DNA from: a virus
DNA: 64,000 nucleotides
IMG/VR virus record: IMGVR_UViG_3300042566_000599
Location: 32,346-96,345 of that record
Direction: 5' to 3' (one strand)
Shown: positions 46,640 through 54,496 of the stretch, one piece after another
Layout: the number at the start of each line of letters is the position of its first letter
How positions within the stretch are numbered: the stretch's first letter is position 1
The notes under the pieces: model-generated
Database searches by the model: none
What the model was told of the DNA's origin: nothing
What the model saw: the letters and a program-made list of their open reading frames with translations, nothing else
Translations under genes and position numbers: made by a program

Positions 46640-46659
46640 TTAGAGGTTTCTCCTTCGGG

Positions 46660-48168
46660 TTAGTTTGCTGTCTTTTGACTTAGGTCAATGACAACGAACT
46701 CTGCTGGATACTGGAGAGCAACACCGACCTGAATGTTTACTTCTCCATTTGCAATCGATGTCGTGGTGTTGTTTTCTCCATCGCACTTGATAAAGAATGC
46801 TTGTGCGTTGGTTGCTCCACGAAGTCCACCCTGGTTACGATACTCAGAGAGGAATGCTGTTAGCGATGTACGAACCTGTGCCCAGAGACGCTCATCATTG
46901 TTTTCAAAGATTGCAAACTCTGTGAGATTCTTTAGGTTCTTTCGGATGTAGATTAGCGAACGACGCATGTTTACATACTTGTTTGCTGTTCCATCTTGCT
47001 TGAGGGTACGTGCTCCCATTACTGAAAGTCCTGCACCAGGAATCTGACGAATCGGATTAATTGGAGAAGTAGATGCGTTCATAGAGTCAAGTTCAGTTGA
47101 AGAAAATGTGCGGTCCATTGCTACAGCACCTAGAACCTGAGTTCCAATACCTGCTGGAGCCTTAAATACGCCACGTGTTGCATCAGTTGTAAGGTAAAGC
47201 CCAACTACTGCACCTGCTGGACCAATTCTACGCAATGCACCTGAACCACGACCTAGTGGGTCAGAGGTGTAGAAGTGTGGGTAGTAGACAGCAGCATTAC
47301 TAGTATCTGTTAGGCTGGCAGCAAATGAAATTGCTTGAAGAACAGTTAGGTCTGCATCTGTGTCAACAACTACAAAGCCGTTGTGTTCTTCAGACCAAGA
47401 AGATGCTGCATCGTAGACTGAAGCAGTACCTGAAGCCAACACGTTAGCATCTGGCAAAAAGATTACAAGTGGACGCTCTAAAGTTGAGAATCGTTCAAAA
47501 ACTGAAGAAGTTCCTCCCTTGTAAGTTAAGTAGTCTGCAGAAGTTGGAGTAGTTCCATTACTTCCCCCAGTTAGTGGGTAGGTTGCAGAAGTGATGGTCT
47601 GTCCTGCGTATCCTCCGTCTACTGTCACAGTGATGTTTGGCGAAACTACGTTGATAACGGTTTCAGCATAATCGCTTGAAGTATCGTCATCAAAAACGAT
47701 GTTTTCATAACGTTCTAATAGAATGTCATCAGAAATTCCTGATGCTCCAGACTCTTTGTATAGGGTCAGGGTGTATGTTCCAGACACTTGTCCTGCTTCA
47801 AGAACAACACGAAGGTTGTTTCCATCAGTTCCCGCATTCTTTGCTAAAACTTCTACTTGAGCAGCACTTCCGCTATCAACTAGATTGACGTCAGCCTTTA
47901 CAGCATCTGCTGCTAGTAATCGTTTTACGTAAAGTTCACGACCTCCATTGGCGAAGAATGAGCCAACTTGGAATGTCGCTGGATATGAGGCATTGTATCC
48001 ACCAAAATATTTGGTAAATTCATACCATGAAGTAACAAGCGTTGTTGCTTCTGGACCTTGTGCAAATGTAGCAACAACGGCACCAGCAGCATCGGCGCTA
48101 ACGCCAGCAGGGATTGCTGATGGTAGAAGACGTTCACTGATGTAAACGCCTGGACGGCTATAAGCCAT
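46660..48168 (-). CDS. Tail sheath protein
   Basis: RPGVYISE, FFANGG, GVFKAPAG, GART, YVN.RR, FE.ND, PAEF. Confidence 0.95.
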   Translation of the reverse strand: MAYSRPGVYISERLLPSAIPAGVSADAAGAVVATFAQGPEATTLVTSWYEFTKYFGGYNASYPATFQVGSFFANGGRELYVKRLLAADAVKADVNLVDSGSAAQVEVLAKNAGTDGNNLRVVLEAGQVSGTYTLTLYKESGASGISDDILLERYENIVFDDDTSSDYAETVINVVSPNITVTVDGGYAGQTITSATYPLTGGSNGTTPTSADYLTYKGGTSSVFERFSTLERPLVIFLPDANVLASGTASVYDAASSWSEEHNGFVVVDTDADLTVLQAISFAASLTDTSNAAVYYPHFYTSDPLGRGSGALRRIGPAGAVVGLYLTTDATRGVFKAPAGIGTQVLGAVAMDRTFSSTELDSMNASTSPINPIRQIPGAGLSVMGARTLKQDGTANKYVNMRRSLIYIRKNLKNLTEFAIFENNDERLWAQVRTSLTAFLSEYRNQGGLRGATNAQAFFIKCDGENNTTTSIANGEVNIQVGVALQYPAEFVVIDLSQKTAN

Positions 48169-48198
48169 GATTTCTCCTAACTAAAGTGAAGGGGTTCC

Positions 48199-48900
48199 TT
48201 ATGGTGCAGTTATAGTAATCGGGTCAATCATGGTGAATGGACCACGAGAGTTTTGGTTACTCTCTGTATCCGACACACCAGTAATATTGAGTTCGAGCGC
48301 CTTATATAGTTTATTGAAGGTGGACTGCGCAATCTCGGATGAGACACGCACAGTTATTGCATTGACAAACAAACGTTTGCCATTTTCCGAAACATCACGC
48401 TTTGCAATGTCTAGGACATCCAAACGACGAGTCGTTCCCAAAGCGGTATTAGCGCCTGTGTTTAGGATTGCGAATCGAAGTGGAATTTTTGTGTAGAGCA
48501 GTTGAGCCAAAAGTTGACGGTCATGACGTGGTTGACGAGAATAGGTAGTTAACTGATAGTCAATATTGACAGGTATTGGAAAATCCATGTCCCAGTTGTG
48601 AACGTCATCATCGTAGTTAACTTGTTGAACTCCTTGTGCACCTTGCACCATAACTGATGGGTCAGCGTAGTAAGTTGGTTTTACTTTTCCACGCATTGCA
48701 CGTGAGAAGTCTTCTGCGATGTCTACCATGTCGATGGTGATGTAAGGGTACTTTTGCTCTGTAAGTTCTTGGTCAGGTTGCCCAAACCATACACCTACGT
48801 TTCTTGTAGAGCCTTCTTCTGTAACAGATTTTTGGTCTGTAACAGTCATACCAAGCAATAGATTACGGACTGCTTCGTCTTCGGCTAATAGAAAACTCAT
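48199..48900 (-). CDS. Tail terminator/neck protein
   Basis: YPYITID, P.NIDYQLTTY; immediately upstream of sheath. Confidence 0.6.
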   Translation of the reverse strand: MSFLLAEDEAVRNLLLGMTVTDQKSVTEEGSTRNVGVWFGQPDQELTEQKYPYITIDMVDIAEDFSRAMRGKVKPTYYADPSVMVQGAQGVQQVNYDDDVHNWDMDFPIPVNIDYQLTTYSRQPRHDRQLLAQLLYTKIPLRFAILNTGANTALGTTRRLDVLDIAKRDVSENGKRLFVNAITVRVSSEIAQSTFNKLYKALELNITGVSDTESNQNSRGPFTMIDPITITAP

Positions 48901-49211
48901 AGGTCACCAAAGTGTTTCTCTAATCGACCAAGAAAAAAATGCTCTGATTCGTCTTGTCTGTTTTTAAAGCGACGAACAGCAGCAGTAGGCTGTGTACTTG
49001 GGGTGCCATACTCTAGGTTCATCGCGGTCTCATAGTGTTTGTTTGAGACATGCGCTTCAAAGCCATCATTGCCGTGCTTGACGTGCAATGTACGTGATAC
49101 ACGAGAAGGCCAACCACTGGCCTGTGCTTCCGAACGAAGACGTGCAGACATAAGCCTTGTAGTCTCATGACTAGCGGCTTTAACTGCATTATTAAATTTA
49201 GATAAGGTCAC
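48897..49211 (-). CDS. Neck/head-tail protein
   Basis: LEYGT motif; position. Confidence 0.5.
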   Translation of the reverse strand: MTLSKFNNAVKAASHETTRLMSARLRSEAQASGWPSRVSRTLHVKHGNDGFEAHVSNKHYETAMNLEYGTPSTQPTAAVRRFKNRQDESEHFFLGRLEKHFGDL

Positions 49212-49396
49212 TTCTTTTTGGCCTTTTTCACAAGTTTTTCAGCGGCTTTACCACTTGCATAACCTGCGACAAGACCAGCAACAATTGGTTGCGTAAGTTT
49301 TGGACGTTGACCAAACACGCCCTTCATAAACTCTTCAACTTCTGCAGCGTTCTGCAATTCAGCAGCACGCTCATACCAAGGCTTCCAAGCCATCAT
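49208..49396 (-). CDS. Hypothetical protein
   Basis: 62 aa; AAAGGGG RBS. Confidence 0.6.
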   Translation of the reverse strand: MMAWKPWYERAAELQNAAEVEEFMKGVFGQRPKLTQPIVAGLVAGYASGKAAEKLVKKAKKK

Positions 49397-49464
49397 AATC
49401 CCCTTTGTCGCAAGTAGTGGGCACTACACGGAGTCCGCACGGAGTTCCGATAAGACAAGGATAG

Positions 49465-49490
49465 AAGAAAGGCCCCAATTAAGGGGCCTA
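49465..49490 (-). terminator. Rho-independent terminator closing the microprotein operon
   Basis: GGCCCC-TTAATT-GGGGCC then TTTCTT on the minus strand. Confidence 0.65.
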
Positions 49491-49494
49491 ACTC

Positions 49495-49779
49495 TTACTT
49501 CTTTTCTTTCTTCTCCCGCTTTTCCTCCGCCTTTTCGCCTCTCTTTCCTTCCTTCTTTTCGTGAGCCTTTTCTTTGCTCTTTATGCCCTTGATAATCTTC
49601 TTATCAATCTTGACATCTTCTTGAAGGGTCTTTGGCTTCTTCTTTTTGCCGTGAGCGGTATCTTTCTTTTCGAAATCTTCCTTTTGCTCTTTATCAAGCC
49701 CAGCCTTCTTGGTTAGGTACGCATCCATCTTGTCATCAGACTTCTTTGTGTACGTACCCTTCATAGGAGGCTTCTTCAT
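49495..49779 (-). CDS. Lys-rich protein
   Basis: About one third Lys; TAATG coupling. Confidence 0.7.
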   Translation of the reverse strand: MKKPPMKGTYTKKSDDKMDAYLTKKAGLDKEQKEDFEKKDTAHGKKKKPKTLQEDVKIDKKIIKGIKSKEKAHEKKEGKRGEKAEEKREKKEKK

Positions 49780-49916
49780 TACATGCCTTTCTTTCTTGGC
49801 ATAGTCTGCTTCTTACCCTTAGAGGCACGAAGCATCTTTAAATCAGGTGCATCAATCTTGCTTTTGTTTCCAGCAAGAGCAGCCATTTTTTTCTGCTTAG
49901 GAGATAACTTCTTCAT
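49779..49916 (-). CDS. 45-aa basic microprotein
   Basis: MKKLSPKQKKMAALAGNKSKIDAPDLKMLRASKGKKQTMPRKKGM; TAATG overlaps at both ends. Confidence 0.7.
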   Translation of the reverse strand: MKKLSPKQKKMAALAGNKSKIDAPDLKMLRASKGKKQTMPRKKGM

Positions 49917-49981
49917 TAGTTCCCCTTCTTGCAGATGCTGCACTTGCACTTGCAATTTCTCATTTTACAGGAGAGAGCCAT
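49916..49981 (-). CDS. 21-aa Cys/Lys micropeptide
   Basis: MALSCKMRNCKCKCSICKKGN; TAATG overlaps at both ends. Confidence 0.6.
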   Translation of the reverse strand: MALSCKMRNCKCKCSICKKGN

Positions 49982-50100
49982 TACTTCTTTTTCTCCTTTT
50001 TCTTGTCATCTTTCTTTTTTGCATACTTCTTATTAGCAGCGGCTAGGGTCTTCTCGCCATGCTTGTCTTTTGGCTTCATACATCCACATGTAGCACACAT
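49981..50100 (-). CDS. 39-aa basic microprotein with CxxCxC
   Basis: MCATCGCMKPKDKHGEKTLAAANKKYAKKKDDKKKEKKK; TAATG overlaps. Confidence 0.7.
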   Translation of the reverse strand: MCATCGCMKPKDKHGEKTLAAANKKYAKKKDDKKKEKKK

Positions 50101-50249
50101 TATTTTTTACCTGCTTTCTGTTTTGTGGGTTTTGCTATTCTGTTCTTGCCAGAACGGTCGGGAACACAGTTAGGTACCTTCTTGCCGTTCTTCATCTTCA
50201 TGCCTACTTGAACGTAACCGTCCCAGCATGGGTCAGATTTTTTAGCCAT
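50100..50249 (-). CDS. 49-aa microprotein with PCW.GY...VPNCVP motif
   Basis: MAKKSDPCWDGYVQVGMKMKNGKKVPNCVPDRSGKNRIAKPTKQKAGKK; TAATG overlaps. Confidence 0.75.
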   Translation of the reverse strand: MAKKSDPCWDGYVQVGMKMKNGKKVPNCVPDRSGKNRIAKPTKQKAGKK

Positions 50250-50455
50250 TACTTTTCCTTCTTGTGAGGGTTCTTTTTGTGCCAGTCTTTGACAGCCTTA
50301 ACACCCTGCTTAATTGTCTTAGACTCACCTTTTTTAGTCAGGTTAATCTTGTCCCACTTACCAGCCTTAGCCTTGGCTTCATGGTCGACGATAACGTCGC
50401 CCTTCTTGTTCTTTTTTACAGTGTGCTTTATTCCATCGACTTTAACGGTCTTCAT
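50249..50455 (-). CDS. 68-aa Lys-rich protein
   Basis: ORF track; coupled at both ends. Confidence 0.7.
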   Translation of the reverse strand: MKTVKVDGIKHTVKKNKKGDVIVDHEAKAKAGKWDKINLTKKGESKTIKQGVKAVKDWHKKNPHKKEK

Positions 50456-50634
50456 ACGTCAGCAATCTTCTTTCGTTTGTAACGGATAGGCGGCTTTGGC
50501 TTACGAACATATCCGCCCTTCTTTTTGCGCAATCCTGCGCCGCCTGATTCGTACTTGTCTTCTGCTATAGAGGTACGAACTTGCTTTTGAGGGGATTTTC
50601 CTGCGCGAGCGCCTGCGGTCTGTTTACGTCGCAT
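50452..50634 (-). CDS. 60-aa basic protein resembling the histone H3 tail
   Basis: MRRKQTAGARAGKSPQKQV...GGYVRKPKPPIRYK; coupled at both ends. Confidence 0.7.
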   Translation of the reverse strand: MRRKQTAGARAGKSPQKQVRTSIAEDKYESGGAGLRKKKGGYVRKPKPPIRYKRKKIADV

Positions 50635-50810
50635 TACTTTTTCTTCTTTGACATTCCTGCTTCGCTCATCGCGATAGCAACGGCTTGTTTGCGTGATTTA
50701 ACTACTGGACCTTTTCCTGGACCCTTTTTTCCAGACTTAAGTTTTTCTTCTTTGTACTCACGCATTACTTTTTCAACTTTACCTTTTTGCTTTGAAGTTG
50801 CTTTAGCCAT
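50634..50810 (-). CDS. 58-aa DUF6496-like basic protein
   Basis: KVEKVMREYK...LKSG...VKSRKQAVAIAMSEAG. Confidence 0.75.
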   Translation of the reverse strand: MAKATSKQKGKVEKVMREYKEEKLKSGKKGPGKGPVVKSRKQAVAIAMSEAGMSKKKK

Positions 50811-50947
50811 CACACATCCCCTTCTTCTAGGTCGTCTTCGTCGTTGTAATGGCTATTGTAGTCTTCAGCCATTTCTAATTCATCATCAATTTCATCTAAC
50901 AAAGCCTCATCAAAGAGGTCTGGGTCTAACTCTGGCTCAAAATCCAT
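50810..50947 (-). CDS. 45-aa hyperacidic microprotein
   Basis: MDFEPELDPDLFDEALLDEIDDELEMAEDYNSHYNDEDDLEEGDV; AAGGAG RBS; TGATG overlap. Confidence 0.7.
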   Translation of the reverse strand: MDFEPELDPDLFDEALLDEIDDELEMAEDYNSHYNDEDDLEEGDV

Positions 50948-50956
50948 GTGCTCTCC

Positions 50957-51499
50957 TTATTCTGTGTACTGTTGAAATTGAGGGTCGTTGACCAACTCTT
51001 CTGCATTTACCTGATTTAGGTCAACTGTAACAACTGAGTATCTCTCTTTATATCTACCACGTGGATTTACACGTGTAGGAGTGAAGACGTGATTTTGAAA
51101 AATAACTCTATCTTTTATGTGATTAGTAGGATTAGGGATAACATCTGGAAGTAGACGGTTTATATCATCGACAGCAATTACAAGGCGCAAAGTGTCAACC
51201 GTGTAGAAACCGCGTTCATTCATTATGTTTTGGCCACGAACCTGTTGAGCCAAAATTACTGGCATTTTAAAAGGCTCATCCCAACGACGACCTAGACCAT
51301 CAGTTTGGTTTGAGACATCATAGATAGGGTCTACATAATCACTGTAATTATCTGAGAACTCAGTGGGATTCCAAATCCACCAATCAACCACTGTGCCTAC
51401 AGGGTCGCGTAACTCATCGACCATACCCTCATCCATAGACATGGTTTCGAAATCTATCTTAAAACGACCTTGAACCTTAGAGCCACGCATACGACCCAT
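50957..51499 (-). CDS. Head closure/neck protein
   Basis: 180 aa beta-rich; structural module position. Confidence 0.5.
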   Translation of the reverse strand: MGRMRGSKVQGRFKIDFETMSMDEGMVDELRDPVGTVVDWWIWNPTEFSDNYSDYVDPIYDVSNQTDGLGRRWDEPFKMPVILAQQVRGQNIMNERGFYTVDTLRLVIAVDDINRLLPDVIPNPTNHIKDRVIFQNHVFTPTRVNPRGRYKERYSVVTVDLNQVNAEELVNDPQFQQYTE

Positions 51500-51528
51500 T
51501 GTCCCTTATCCAGTGGTCCTTTGTATTC

Positions 51529-52242
51529 CTATTTAAATTCCTTTTTACTTCTGTAAAAAGTCTTATAGGAATCAAAAATTTTTACCTTTAATCTGATGCT
51601 TACCTTTGATAATTCTCGCAGGTCTTCTTGTGACCCAAAAACAGTGTTCCAAGACTCTCTCTTAAATGGGATTACCTGTGCCATAGGAGTTCCAGCAGGG
51701 ATTAGACCCTCAAAAGAGTAGTCGTTTAATACAAATGGAAAGTTAATTGGAGCAAAGTACTTATCAGTGTCTACCACACCTGGAAAAATGGTGAAAACAG
51801 AGTCTCTATGAAGAGGTTGCACAAATAGTGAGGAATATCCTGGAGGAGTCTTGACACCCCACTGGTTCATCCACTTTGGGTAGGATAGTTCATGGCCACC
51901 TTTTCCTGGATGATTAGGCGCTTGCTCTATGGGATGGAATTCCACTGCAGTAAGGGAAGGCCACTCATAGTAGGGTGCCGTACCAGCCTTAGTATTCGGG
52001 TCTTTGCGTTGAGTTACAAATATATCTACTGAAGTAAACAGAATATATCCTGCAGAAATAGCGTCAAATACAGGCATACATCTTTTGATAGTTCCTGTAG
52101 TTGTCCCATCTCCTCCAGGAATTTTTTTATTGTCAATTAGATAGGAGTCTAATTCCTTATACCAATCTGGAACTACGCTACTGGCAGGTTGTGGTTTGTA
52201 GAACTCTGCTACAGTGCTTATCGGTGTAAACTTAATCTCCAT
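51529..52242 (-). CDS. Divergent dUTPase-fold-like protein
   Basis: TIKRCMPVFD, TPPGYS, PGVVDTD, IPAGTPMAQVIPFKRE; paralog of 22469. Confidence 0.55.
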   Translation of the reverse strand: MEIKFTPISTVAEFYKPQPASSVVPDWYKELDSYLIDNKKIPGGDGTTTGTIKRCMPVFDAISAGYILFTSVDIFVTQRKDPNTKAGTAPYYEWPSLTAVEFHPIEQAPNHPGKGGHELSYPKWMNQWGVKTPPGYSSLFVQPLHRDSVFTIFPGVVDTDKYFAPINFPFVLNDYSFEGLIPAGTPMAQVIPFKRESWNTVFGSQEDLRELSKVSIRLKVKIFDSYKTFYRSKKEFK

Positions 52243-52284
52243 GTAGTAACCCTAACAACTTGCCCCCCTATTTTGTCAAATCCT

Positions 52285-52662
52285 TTAGAGTAAAGGCTCT
52301 GTATCTGGAGTTCCTTGTAGAGGCTCAAAGCCAGGGACCTCTGTCCAAGACTGTGTTGCCTCAGACCACTCGTACATCTTATTGTCTGTTGGAAGAGGTA
52401 TGGGAGCCTCCCAAGTGGCGTTCTCCTCATCCCATACAAAAGATGGGAATGGTTTTGGAGGATAAAACTTGTTGGTTTCACTATTCCAAGTACCGCCAAT
52501 GAAGGATGCACCATAATCGCGACATGAGATAGCGTATTGAGCGTTGCTACTGATTCGAAGTAGGTTTAGTTGTTCTGGAGAGGGGTCTACTACAATAATG
52601 TTGTTAAATACAACATTGTCATAGTTAACTAGAGCGACGACATAACCAGTACTTGTGTTCAT
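52285..52662 (-). CDS. Fibre-associated protein
   Basis: IGGTW...FYPPKPFPS..W..W.AP..P motif; follows Gly-rich fibre gene. Confidence 0.6.
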   Translation of the reverse strand: MNTSTGYVVALVNYDNVVFNNIIVVDPSPEQLNLLRISSNAQYAISCRDYGASFIGGTWNSETNKFYPPKPFPSFVWDEENATWEAPIPLPTDNKMYEWSEATQSWTEVPGFEPLQGTPDTEPLL

Positions 52663-54104
52663 TATGAATTCCTAACTACGATGACAATTCCATTACCAGA
52701 ATTTGCTACTCCGTGAGCAGCAAAACTTGTACCACTATTGGAGGTGTAATACCCTCCATTACCGATTCCCTTAGCATAAGCAAAACCACTTAAAGTTAAA
52801 CCATTATAAGCGGTATAGGTACCGATAGGTGCATTACTATAATTTGTTCTTGCTTTTCCAGGCCCTCCTGATGGAGCAGACGCGTTTCCTGAACCAGCGC
52901 CACCTCCTCCAGGGCCGTTATTGCCGCCAGCGGCGCCTCCAGAGTTTCCTGCAGAGCCACCATTTCCTGCAGAAGCATTTCCACTTAAGTTTCCTGAATA
53001 ATTGGAAACGTTATAACCTGCGCTACCGCCTCCTCCAGAACCTCCCGCACCTCCCGCACCACCTGAATTAACAGGAGTGTTGTTGGAGTTATTCCAACCA
53101 CCTCTACCTCCACCGCCACCGCCAGCAGCATTGTGGTTAAAGAAGGTCGATGTCCCTCCACCTGCGCCGTTATTTGGGGCAGGGGGAGTAGCATAGTTTT
53201 GCACGGTGTTTCTAGTTTGGGTGCCAGGAGTACCCCCAGCACCAACTGTGATTACTGCAGTTCCGCTATTGATAGTTCCATTTGCAGTGGTTAGGTAGCC
53301 ACTACCACCACCTCCTCCGTATCCTCCACTACCTGAAAAGCCAAATTGGTAGTCAGAGATGTTGTACTCTGAAAGACCGCCAACGCCACCGCCTCCGCCA
53401 ATAACGTATGTGGTGTAGTTAAATGGATACGCAGGTGGAGTCCAAGTTAATGAATAGTCGAAGTAGTAGATGTTTCCACCAGCCGCTGCTGGAGTTGCGC
53501 TGTTAGACGCAGAAGAAGCACCAGAAGTTCCATTTGCATTTGTTGCTGTAACAGTAAAGGTATATCCAGTTCCCGCCGCTAATCCTCCCACGGATATTGG
53601 AGAGGTAGTTCCATTAACCGCTGGTCCACTACTAGATGCAGTCATTGTGAAGAAAGAGACTGCCTTTCCACCAGTTGCATTAGCAGTAAAGGTGACTGAT
53701 GCGTTCAACGTTCCAGCAGTCGCTGTTCCGATTGTAGGTGCTTGAGGAACTGTTGTTGCGGTAATGCCTGCAGATGCACCAGAAGCAGAACTTGTGCCAT
53801 AGACGTTAGTAGCAGTTACGGTAAAAGTATAAGAAGTATTGGAAGCAAGACCAGTCACTGTTTGAGTGGTTGCAGAGCCAGTAGAGGTAAACCCTCCAGG
53901 GTTTGACGTTACAGTGTAAGAAGTTGCAGTACCACCTGTTCTTGCAGGGTCCCAGGTAACGATGGCTGCACCGTTGTTAAACGCACGGCCAAGTCCAACG
54001 TCACTTGCTACAACGTTTGTAGGAGGTTGCGGTGCAACATAAATGCCTCGTGCTGAGGTTTTGGCTGGTTTTGAACCAGACGAAATGTTGGATGTTTCTG
54101 CCAT
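52662..54104 (-). CDS. Fibronectin type III + glycine-rich fibre/decoration protein
   Basis: Two FN3 repeats (W..P...Y.V...GL...Y.F.V.A.N..G.S) and GGGGG-rich C-terminus. Confidence 0.8.
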   Translation of the reverse strand: MAETSNISSGSKPAKTSARGIYVAPQPPTNVVASDVGLGRAFNNGAAIVTWDPARTGGTATSYTVTSNPGGFTSTGSATTQTVTGLASNTSYTFTVTATNVYGTSSASGASAGITATTVPQAPTIGTATAGTLNASVTFTANATGGKAVSFFTMTASSSGPAVNGTTSPISVGGLAAGTGYTFTVTATNANGTSGASSASNSATPAAAGGNIYYFDYSLTWTPPAYPFNYTTYVIGGGGGVGGLSEYNISDYQFGFSGSGGYGGGGGSGYLTTANGTINSGTAVITVGAGGTPGTQTRNTVQNYATPPAPNNGAGGGTSTFFNHNAAGGGGGGRGGWNNSNNTPVNSGGAGGAGGSGGGGSAGYNVSNYSGNLSGNASAGNGGSAGNSGGAAGGNNGPGGGGAGSGNASAPSGGPGKARTNYSNAPIGTYTAYNGLTLSGFAYAKGIGNGGYYTSNSGTSFAAHGVANSGNGIVIVVRNS

Positions 54105-54409
54105 TATGAAATCTCTACTCCAGAGATGTGTAGCGTAACGGAGGTTGCTGAAGCGCCACCTTGAATGGTTTTAGTAGTGGCTAATGTCTGCTTTAAAGAG
54201 ATGGATGTCGAGTCATTTGCCCCAACTGCAACTGCAGAAGCAATAGATACTCCATCAAGAGCAAGAGTAAAGGTCTGTGAAGAGCCAGATGTATTTGCAA
54301 CCAAGATATCTGTTACAACTGCTGTAGTAGAGGATGGCACTGTATACAGGGTTGTTGTGGTGGTTGTTGTAGCGGCGCCACGAAAGAGCGCTTTCGAGGT
54401 AACAGGCAT
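54104..54409 (-). CDS. Small structural protein
   Basis: MPVTSKALF...LYTVP...I.VAN...ISGVEIS; AAAGGA RBS at start 54409. Confidence 0.65.
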   Translation of the reverse strand: MPVTSKALFRGAATTTTTTTLYTVPSSTTAVVTDILVANTSGSSQTFTLALDGVSIASAVAVGANDSTSISLKQTLATTKTIQGGASATSVTLHISGVEIS

Positions 54410-54496
54410 TAGTCGCTGTCCTTTCAAGAGTGGATACAGAAGAGTATAGAAGAGAGACGAGCCCTGTGTTGTCAAACTTCTGGTAATGTTTGGGCT

